Assembly: GCA_963835065.1 (NCBI GenBank) | Contig: CAWIEK010000066.1 | Coordinates: forward strand, 1 to 20,852 | Direction of reading: 5' to 3' | Source of the DNA: an uncultured Chthonomonadaceae bacterium | GTDB lineage: Bacteria; Armatimonadota; Chthonomonadetes; Chthonomonadales; Chthonomonadaceae | DNA: 20,852 bases | Part shown: positions 1 through 7,252 of the stretch, in pieces | Layout of the letters: each line of letters starts with the position of its first letter | How positions within the stretch are numbered: the first letter of the stretch is position 1 | Notes under the pieces: model-generated | Seen by the model: only the letters and a program-made list of their open reading frames with translations | The model's database searches: none | Told to the model about the DNA's origin: nothing | Made by a program: the position numbers and the translations under genes

Positions 1-1
1 T

Positions 2-247
2 CGTGTCGCGCTTGTAGGCTTCACACGCTTTGCTGAGGCAACGGATCGCCATCTGCGAGGAAAGGCAAAAGCGTTCGCGCAGTTCCGCATACACAAGCGT
101 CTGCATAGCGAACTTGTTGGCGCAGTGTTGTGCAAAAGCCACTTCCGCGACGCGATTGCAGCCTGCATTGAACGCTTCCATTGTAGCAAGGAGCGCGTCA
201 AACTGTTCTGGCGTCGTATGCAGTTTCACGGCGATAGTCTGCTTCAT
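2..247 (-). CDS. tnpB: TnpB-family RNA-guided endonuclease (IS200/IS605, IS1341-like), N-terminal part; runs off the window
   Basis: Not in the ORF track. Manual translation from ATG 247: MKQTIAVKLHTTPEQFDALLATMEAFNAGCNRVAEVAFAQHCANKFAMQTLVYAELRERFCLSSQMAIRCLSKACEAYKRDT. This fits the typical TnpB N-terminus (KL.xTPEQ..AL..TME.FN..CN; VY..LRERF.L.SQMAIR...K..EAYK). Confidence 0.85.
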   Translation of the reverse strand, partial: MKQTIAVKLHTTPEQFDALLATMEAFNAGCNRVAEVAFAQHCANKFAMQTLVYAELRERFCLSSQMAIRCLSKACEAYKRDT

Positions 248-253
248 GCCGTC

Positions 254-285
254 AGTATACCAGACAAACGAAATACCAGACAAAC
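254..285 (-). promoter_or_regulatory. Probable tnpB promoter (extended -10 TGgTATACT, -35 TTGTCT); likely leaderless mRNA
   Basis: TATACT at 259-254 ends 6 nt before the ATG and there is no RBS. TTGTCT lies at 283-278. A 13-bp direct repeat ATACCAGACAAAC (257-269, 273-285) overlaps both boxes. Confidence 0.5.
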
Positions 286-325
286 AAGCGCTTATGTAAG
301 CAGTAACGAACACTTGTGCCTGCGC

Positions 326-409
326 TTAGGGTCCGTAAATTAACAACTTCCCGCTTACAAAGGTCAGCGTTCCCGCTGGTTCGGGAAGTTAAAGATTTAC
401 GGACCCTTA
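326..409. mobile_element. 78-bp MITE with 12-bp terminal inverted repeats and a TTA target duplication
   Basis: GGGTCCGTAAAT (329-340) and ATTTACGGACCC (395-406), flanked by TTA at 326-328 and 407-409. Inner inverted repeat AACTTCCCG (345-353)/CGGGAAGTT (382-390). Confidence 0.65.
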
Positions 410-413
410 GGTT

Positions 414-476
414 TGCAGGGGCTATCCCTCCCCAGGTCTGAAGACCGGGGCATCTCGCCCCTGCACCCCGCTTTTG
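414..476 (-). mobile_element. IS200/IS605 left end (subterminal hairpin) of the tnpB element
   Basis: Hairpin CCCCAGGTC-TGAA-GACCGGGG (430-450) inside an outer stem TGCAGGGGC (414-422)/GCCCCTGCA (457-465). It lies upstream of tnpB and no tnpA ORF is present. Confidence 0.65.
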
Positions 477-513
477 ATGAATGTACCGCTTCGGAGCCGC
501 AAAGCAATGTAGC

Positions 514-565
514 AAAAACAAGGGACAAGCCCGAAGAAAACTTCTCTTCGGGCTTGTCCCTTGTT
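514..565 (-). terminator. Intrinsic terminator with a 21-bp perfect stem
   Basis: AACAAGGGACAAGCCCGAAGA (517-537)/TCTTCGGGCTTGTCCCTTGTT (545-565), ending in a T-run on the minus strand. It lies downstream of the PEP-CTERM remnant. Confidence 0.7.
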
Positions 566-648
566 GTTAGGGACGCTTAACAAAATAACTATTCCGGTCG
601 CAGACCGGTTGGCGGAACGCCCATCAAACGGGCGTTCACAACTCGTGC

Positions 649-864
649 TTACGGGCGGGCGCGGCGTTTGCGCAGCAGGTTCGCGCCCACTGTTGTCAGG
701 CCCACCAGAAGCGCCACCCTGCCGCCGCTGACGTTGACGATGCTGTTGTAGGCATCCAGGAAGCGGCCCACATTGCCGCCGCTTACGAGTCTGACTGCCG
801 GCGAGGTGGGGTTGGTGTTGTTGTTAAAATCGTTTTGATTGGCAAAACCGACGACGGCATCTAC
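649..864 (-). pseudogene. Internally deleted PEP-CTERM surface-protein remnant
   Basis: Manual translation: VDAVVGFANQNDFNNNTNPTSPAVRLVSGGNVGRFLDAYNSIVNVSGG-RVALLVGLTTVGANLLRKRRARP*. It has a PEP-CTERM-type hydrophobic helix and basic tail, but no VPEP motif, signal peptide or evident start. Confidence 0.6.
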
Positions 865-896
865 GGACGCAAGGACAAGCCCTATCGGGATAGGCT

Positions 897-1121
897 CTAA
901 GCGTCGGTTTCGGCGTCCATATCCGCCATGCGCCTATCGAACTTTTCCGATTCGATGAGCAGGAGGGCATGTAGTTCCTCATCCCGCGCTTTGGCGTCGG
1001 CCAGACAGCCGTACAGATAATCGTAGCCTTCGATGGGACAGCCTTCCACCGCGAACTTACGCGCCCGCGCCCCGATTTTGAACGCGATCATCTGTTTGCC
1101 ACTTGGTATTTGCCTTGCCAT
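897..1121 (-). CDS. Hypothetical protein, 74 aa
   Basis: ATG start with GGA upstream, normal composition, and same strand as the large upstream gene. Confidence 0.65.
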   Translation of the reverse strand: MARQIPSGKQMIAFKIGARARKFAVEGCPIEGYDYLYGCLADAKARDEELHALLLIESEKFDRRMADMDAETDA

Positions 1122-1132
1122 AGTCGTATCCA

Positions 1133-1230
1133 GTTTCAGGTTTCAGGGAATACGAAAGTACCACAGGTTTGCTTCAGTTTAGCTGCGTTATCAGCCTAAA
1201 ACCTGACACCTGACACCTGAAACCTGAAAC
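1133..1230. repeat. Inverted pair of heptamer tandem arrays (GTTTCAG / CCTGAMA)
   Basis: GTTTCAGGTTTCAGG (1133-1147) is the exact reverse complement of CCTGAAACCTGAAAC (1216-1230), which is part of an array spanning ~1195-1232. Confidence 0.85.
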
Positions 1231-1233
1231 CTC

Positions 1234-4200
1234 CTACTCCGTTTCGTCTTCCTCAGTATCCGGTTCGTCGGTTCCGTTTTTGCGGCCACGCCCCCGGCCG
1301 CCCCGACGACGGCGGCGGCGAATGGCGGACAAATCGGGGCCAAGAACCGCTTCCAGTCCCGGCAGTCCTTCGCGGGGAATCGGCAGGGGCGCGGGGCTTG
1401 TCGTTGCTGCGTCCTCGCCGTCCTCTTCCGGCATTTCCATTTCCAGCACGGCCTTCAGCGTTGCCAGATCGTCGCGCAGGGAGAGGGGCGCGGTTGCCAG
1501 TGTCGGCAGGACCGTCCGCGCTTCCACGCGGGGCTGTGGAAACGGCTCGAAGGACGGCAGATCGTCGTCATCTTCGGGCGGCGGGGGAAGTTCCAGCTCT
1601 TCTTGCGGCGCTTGCAGTTCCGGTTCCGCGCGAAGGGACAGCGGTTCCGGGAGGTCGGCAAGAAGTGGCGCGGGTGTCGGCGCGGGCGTCAGTCCGGGTT
1701 CCGCCGTATCGAACAGCGACGGTTCCGGCGCAGGCGTTTCCGTATCGGCACGGGGCGTCGGCGCGAGTTCCGGTTCTGTCGGCGCGGGCGTGATGAAATT
1801 GTCCACGATCATTTCGTCATTGCGAACGGCGATTTCGTCTTCTGCGCCACCCGCATCTGCTATACCGCTTTCCTCCGGCATCCGGTTCGTCTGCAGCGCA
1901 GGTTCCTGGAGTGTGGGTTCGTCCTGTTGGCGCGCGGGCTGATTCCGTTCCCGCCAGGAAGGTTCGCGTTCGCGCCCCGGCGTTTCCCGCTCCCGCCCCG
2001 TTACGTCACGCTCATTGCGTTCGCCGCGCTCCTCGCGCTCACCGGTTGGACGGGCGCGGTTGGGGCTTTCCAGATTGGGCAGGCCCATTGCCGCGAAACG
2101 CTGCCGCGTCCCGATGGCAAACGTTCGCGTCATACCCATGCGCAGGAAGTAGCGGTAATCGCGGGTGTCTTCCCCGACCAGACGCTGCTCGTGCATGTCG
2201 TAGATACATTGCGGGGCAGGCAGGCGCAGGGTTCGCTGCCCGTCCCGGCTGGCATGTACCGTTATCCAGCCGTTGCCCACCGATACTACATCTTCGCCGC
2301 CCGTGACATACACGGGGACGCCCGCATAGCGGCACAAACCGCGCAGCAGTTCGAGGGGAAGAATCGGGTCGCCGACAAACACGGATTTCCAGTTGCCGAA
2401 CGAGCGAACCGCAATGGAAGGCAGGCCGGAACCGTGATATTCGGCCAAAACCGTCGCGCCCGGATCGTCAATATAAAAGGAAGGGTTGAGCCGTTCCCGC
2501 GCCCCGATGTCGCGCCCGCCAAGCCGCTCCGTCAGCAGGTGATTGGGGTCCAGAATGCGCGAACCCACTTCCGAGTTCCACGCCTGCTGGCGCAAAATCA
2601 GGCCGACGCTGGTGGTCGTCATATCCTCCATGCCGGTTCCGCCCGATGGCCGCTCCTCACACGCGCCGGGCGCGTACAGCCACGCCAGCGTTTTGTTATC
2701 GCGCTGCAATTTTTCCCGTATCGCCGCGCGGTGTTCCGCAGGCAGGCGGAACGGCGTGAGGAACAGGTACAGCCGCGCATCCGTTGGAAAGTCCTTTTCC
2801 AACAGGTCGCTTTGCAGGTACAGCCCGTAACTGATGCCTGCCCGCTGCAAAATGTCGCGCACACCATTGGTCAATTTGCGGAAAAACGCTTCGCCTTTCT
2901 GGATGTGCAGCAGGCTTTTTTCGTCTATTAACGCAACAACATCATGGCGGGCCGGGGCAGGCATGTCCCGCTGCTGCTGCGCCAATCGGTCGGCAAACGT
3001 GCCGATACGCTCCCAAAAGCCCTCCTCGTCCAGCCAGCCTTCGCCCCACAAATCCATCCATCCGACGCCCGTGTTGGTGGCAAGGGCGCGGCCTGTGGCG
3101 CGGGCATGAGCCTGTTCGGTTGCCGCGCGATCATTGAGGCGCGGGTTGAAGTCGTCCGGGTCCTGCTGCGCGGGCGCGAGATAGGTTTTGGTATCGTCTT
3201 CCGACAGCCACAATTTGCCATGCAGCCGGGGCGAGTCAATTGGAGACGGGAACGACGCGCCGCCCGTGGGCTTGCGGTCACGGTAGGAAGGCGGGCCGCA
3301 GATCAAATCCACGTGCGGACTGGCAAGCAGGCGATTGAGCGCTAGATGCCCGCTGAACCCGTGCCCGAATTCCAGCGTATAGCCGTAGCAAACCGACACG
3401 AGCGCGTTGTTGTGGCTTGCCTTCTTTACCGTCCGGGCAAGCTGCGCCAAACGGTTCGCGGTTGTTTCCGACGTGAACTCGTTGAAATCAATCACGCTGC
3501 GCTCACGCCGGGTTTCGTAAAAGGCGCGTTGTGGGTTGGGCTTGCCCAATGTCGGGGGAATTTCCGCCGTGTGGAACTGCACGTCGCCGTTGTACCACGC
3601 CGCCCGCAGTAAAATCAGGCTGTGGTTGTACTTTTCGCGCAGCCAGTCCCGGAACGCATCGCGGTTGGCCGTACTGCGGTCATAGCCTTGATCGGCAGGC
3701 TGGAACCATTCGCCCCGCTCCAGATGGTACGCGAACACGCGCTCGCCATACGTCTGCCCCTGAATATGCTCGATGAGCATGTGGAGGGCGCGTTCGCACT
3801 CCTGCCAGAACCGCTCGCTTGTCAGCGAGGGGTCGCCGTTCGTGCCGTCGTTATAAACGCTGATTTCGCGTCGGGTACTCGCGCTTCCAGCCTCGCGCCG
3901 GCACAAAGACAAGGCGCGGCATGACATAGCCGTCCGGGTCGGCGTCCAGCAGGGCGCGGAGTCGAACGTCTATCTCATCCAGAACGTAATGCGCTTCGCT
4001 CAGTGGGCAGGGCAGTTCGATCAGCGTGGAATGGAGGTGAACGCCCGCTTTGGCCGCGCGTTTGGCCTCGGAAAGCACACGCTGCGCGTTCTTCCCGCCT
4101 TCCATGTTGCCGAAAAACAGCACGGGCGCAACCGCCGCGCCGTTGATATGAATCTGCGGTACGCCGTTGCGGACAATCAGGTGCGCCCCGACGCCCAAAT

Positions 4201-5654
4201 CAATCGGCTCCACAACTTCTTCCACTACCGCGACAACGGGCGTGGGCGCTTGAGCCAAAACAGGTTCCACCGCCGTCTCGCCAGCAACAACAATGGTCGC
4301 AGCCACCCCGGCCTGCGCCTCCACAGTCTGCGTTTCGCGCCGTCCCTTATTGCTGCGGCGGTTGCGGCGCTTACGATTGCGCGTTTCCGGGGTTCCGGCG
4401 GCTTCGTTCTCGTCCGCGTCGTCGTCCGCATCGCTGTCTGTCTTGCGTCCCGCCGCCTCAGCATCCGCTTTGCGCCCTACCGCTTCAACAGCGTTGTTGC
4501 GCCGTTTTCCGACATTCGCATTTTGCCGTTGGGAAACCGGGGGCGTCACCGGAGGCGCGGACAACTCGCCGTTCGTTTCGGCCACAATCTTCAGGCGCGG
4601 CAATGATTTCGACAGTGCTTTCTAAATTATTGTTTTCCGCGCCGTCCGAGATTTCCGTGTTATCAGTGGTATCCGTAGCCACTTCCGTGGCTGTTTGCAC
4701 ACGGGAAGAACGCCGGGTATGCCCGCCACGCTGCCGATTCCGCTTACTCCCCGGCCCGTCCTCTTCGGGATTTTCGATTGCCGATTTTCGATTGCCGATT
4801 TTCGATTGCCGATTTTCGGCTGCCGATGGTGGGGTTTCTACGGACGGAGGCAGTTGTTCCGCCGTTGGCAGAGTGTCAGGCGCAGAAGAAGCGTTGGGAT
4901 TTTCGATTTTCGATTTTCGATTTTCGATTGTGGCTTGAGGTTCCTCTGTTCCCTGTTCCCTGTTCCCTGTTTCCTGTTCTTCCCTTTTCCCTTCCGCGTT
5001 GACGCGGCTGCCGCGCCGTGAGGTTCGCGCAGGCGTTGGTTCGGGCAGGGCGGGAGGCGTGTCAGGGTTAGCCGCCGATGGCGACGGCGCGGCATCTTCG
5101 GAAGAGGGTGAACTCGCAGCGGCCTCAGCAACGGCAGGCGTTTCCGCAGCAGGAGCGGGCGCTTCCTCGGTTGCGCGGCGCGAACGCCGACGCGAAGAAG
5201 CAGGCGCGTTTCCCTTCACTGCCGGAGTATCCGCAGGAGGCGTTTCCGCGCTAACGCTCGTATCCGGCGCTGTTTGCTTCGCGTTTCGCCGCCGGGAACC
5301 CGCATTGGGTTGGGTGTTGGGTGTTGGGTGTTGGGTGTTGGACAGGACTGTTCCCTGTTCCCTGTTCCCTGTTCCCTGTTTTCCTGTTTCCTCTTCTCCT
5401 CTTCTCTCCTTCTCCCCCTCTTCCTCAACGGGCTTGCGGCGGCTACGCGTTGCGCGCGCAGGTGGTTCAGTCGTGTTCGTGATTTCGGCGGATGCTGCGT
5501 CGGTCCCTGTCCGTGGCGCGCGGCGACGGCGCGCGGGGGCGGAAGGCGGCGCATCCGTGTCCGACGCTTCCCGGTCGGCAGTCGTTTCCTCGCCGGATGG
5601 CGCGTTGCGCGTCTCGGGCAGGGAAGACTCCGGCGGGAGTTCGTCAAAACTCAT
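1234..5654 (-). CDS. GH42/beta-galactosidase-like protein with long disordered N- and C-terminal arms (~1472 aa after correcting two +1 frameshifts near 4589 and 3868)
   Basis: ORFs 4485-5687, 3851-4603 and 1234-3927 join seamlessly if one base is removed at each junction (IAAPE|IVAETNG; KREYPT|EISVYND). AAGGAG lies 9 nt before ATG 5654. Core motifs: YHLERGEWF, AFRDWLREKY..L..AW, GKLWLSEDDTKTY, followed by a class-I-glutaminase-like trimerisation region. Confidence 0.7.
4769..4979. repeat. Intragenic heptamer arrays (GATTTTC/GATTGCC; GATTTTC; CTGTTCC)
   Basis: Arrays at 4769-4827, 4898-4929 and 4946-4979, encoding ENRQSKIGNRKSAIEN, IENRKSKIEN and EQETGNREQGT on the minus strand. Confidence 0.9.
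5305..5391. repeat. Intragenic heptamer arrays (TTGGGTG; CTGTTCC)
   Basis: Arrays at 5305-5341 and 5348-5391, encoding NTQHPTPNTQP and KQGTGNREQGT. Confidence 0.9.
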
Positions 5655-5674
5655 GCGGTGGGTCTCCTTGAAGT

Positions 5675-5809
5675 AGGCATCAGGCATTAGGCATTAGGCA
5701 TTAGGGGTTGTGTCGCTGCGGCTTCTTAATCTTAAATTGTGTACAATCGGCAGATGCCTGTAAACCTCAGTCCGACCCCCTAATGCCTAATGCCTAATGC
5801 CTGATGCCT
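5675..5809. repeat. 33-bp perfect inverted repeat built of AGGCATT heptamers around a 69-bp spacer
   Basis: AGGCATCAGGCATTAGGCATTAGGCATTAGGGG (5675-5707) is the exact reverse complement of 5777-5809. Confidence 0.95.
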
Positions 5810-5924
5810 GATTATAAACTTGTAAGTGCCCCGCGCCTGGCGCGCCACCTCCGTTGCCATTGTATCGCTCATTGCAGCGAGGCGGGGAGGCGAAGCAGGC
5901 ACAAAAACAGGGCAAGGCGTAATC

Positions 5925-5954
5925 ATTATACTCTACGCGGCGGAAACCGGTCAA
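5925..5954 (-). promoter_or_regulatory. Sigma70-type promoter for the large GH42-like gene
   Basis: TTGACC (5954-5949), 18-bp spacer, TATAAT (5930-5925). Confidence 0.6.
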
Positions 5955-6122
5955 ACCTTTTCTACAGGTTTCCCGGTTTTCTTGTTTCCTCTCCTGCCGT
6001 TGCCGCTTCCTGCCGCATTTATTTTGCGTGATTTGTTCCTTATGGGGTAGGAATGGCTCTCATTCGCGCGTTTTAGTGACTTGGGCATCTGCTGTAAAAC
6101 GGCTGCCGCATTGCAAAATACG

Positions 6123-6245
6123 GTGTGACATTTTGTACAGTCTACGTGTGACATATTGCACAGTCATGCTGTGAAAACAGGCGCACAATAAATACGAGGC
6201 GATTGTGGTTTCACAAGAAATGTGTGAGCAATGTGGCTTACACAA
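6123..6245. promoter_or_regulatory. Cluster of TGTG...CACA-type operator-like sites (CRP/FNR-like)
   Basis: GTGTGACATTTTGTACAGTC (6123-6142) and GTGTGACATATTGCACAGTC (6146-6165). Further TGTG/CACA dyads occur at about 6170-6187, 6203-6216 and 6221-6244. Confidence 0.55.
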
Positions 6246-6269
6246 ACACTAAGGAGGCGTGAACACGCA

Positions 6270-7106
6270 ATGGATGCATCCAGGCTCTTACAATGGCAGT
6301 ATTTGATTTATCTGCTCCCAGGTGGCGTGTCCGCGCTGCTGCTCCTCCTGTCCTCCATGCGGATGGGACATAAGGGAGGACACAGCACACATGGGGGACA
6401 CGGCGGGCACGGACACATGGGCGGGCATCACGGCGCGGACGGTGGACACGGACATGCGCCTGCCCCTCACGCGGCAAATCATGCGCCAGCGAATCAGGGA
6501 ACGAGCGCCACCAATCACCAGCCACCAGCCACCCATCACGGCCCGAAAGTACATGCCAGAGTGGGCAAAGTGGAAGTGTCGCGGTACGGCGCGAACAAAG
6601 AAAACATCACCATCTCCACCAATCTGCTGCTGCACATCACGGGAGCGGATCGCGCGCCTGCCATGATGCTGATCGAAGCGTTTTGCGTGGCGTGGGGCGT
6701 GTGCGGCTATTGGGCCAATGAGCTTACGGTTCACGCCACTTCGCCGACATTGCGGCAAATGCTGCCTTCGCTTGTCATTGCGCTGGCCTGTGGAATCATC
6801 GGGGCGCGCATTGCCGCCGAAGTGATCGCCCGCGTCATGCCGCAGGATGAGTCGCAGGACGTTTCGCGCGATGGCTTGTTCGGCATGACCGGCAAAGTGG
6901 TGTTTCCCGTCAGCGCCACGTCGGGACGCATCCATATCTACGATGAACACGGTACGCTGCACGACGAAATGTGCCGACTGGCCTCAGAACACGAGGCTAT
7001 CGTTAAGGGCAGAACGGCTATGGTGGTGGATGTGGATACGCAGGGGCGCTTGTTGGTGGAAGAAGTCGCAAACAGGATAAGGATGAAGGATGAAGTTTGT
7101 GATTGA
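6270..7106 (+). CDS. YqiJ/NfeD-like membrane partner of flotillin, with a His/Gly-rich loop
   Basis: AAGGAGG at 6251-6257. Three hydrophobic segments and a C-terminal OB-fold-like region (G.TGKVVFPVSATSGRIHIYDEHG...I.KG...VV). It lies directly upstream of a flotillin gene. Confidence 0.8.
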   Translation: MDASRLLQWQYLIYLLPGGVSALLLLLSSMRMGHKGGHSTHGGHGGHGHMGGHHGADGGHGHAPAPHAANHAPANQGTSATNHQPPATHHGPKVHARVGKVEVSRYGANKENITISTNLLLHITGADRAPAMMLIEAFCVAWGVCGYWANELTVHATSPTLRQMLPSLVIALACGIIGARIAAEVIARVMPQDESQDVSRDGLFGMTGKVVFPVSATSGRIHIYDEHGTLHDEMCRLASEHEAIVKGRTAMVVDVDTQGRLLVEEVANRIRMKDEVCD

Positions 7107-7156
7107 GGGCGTTAGTTGTTATCGCTCGGTTGTCTTCTAAGCGGCGGGGCGCTGAA

Positions 7157-7206
7157 AGTTCGTAGTTCTTGCCTCTCTATCAACTATGAACTATCAACTA
7201 TCAACT
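7157..7206. repeat. Heptamer array (CTATCAA) with an upstream inverted partial copy
   Basis: CTATCAA CTATGAA CTATCAA CTATCAA (7177-7204). AGTTCGTAGTT (7157-7167) is complementary to AACTATGAACT with one G-U pair. Confidence 0.75.
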
Positions 7207-7252
7207 GCTTGGTTCGTTTCTTCAAAGGTGAAGAGAAAGAAAGGATACGAAC

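Noticed and set aside
30..521. ORFs 30-299, 125-343 and 252-521 as a tnpA or other genes
   Set aside because: No HUH/Y1 motif; they overlap tnpB antisense or the structured element end.
523..882. GGACAAGCCC at 523-532 and 873-882 as element boundaries
   Set aside because: Only 10 bp, one copy is part of a terminator stem, and there is no other supporting evidence.
3860..4595. Programmed frameshifting or three separate genes
   Set aside because: There are no slippery sequences at the junctions, single-base removals give a seamless protein, and other indels nearby point to errors.
1280..5690. Long plus-strand ORFs (e.g. 1603-2931, 3989-4606, 4999-5676)
   Set aside because: Antisense shadows of a GC-rich gene with no recognisable motifs. 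The same applies to the minus-strand ORFs over the flotillin, adhesin and PEP-CTERM genes.
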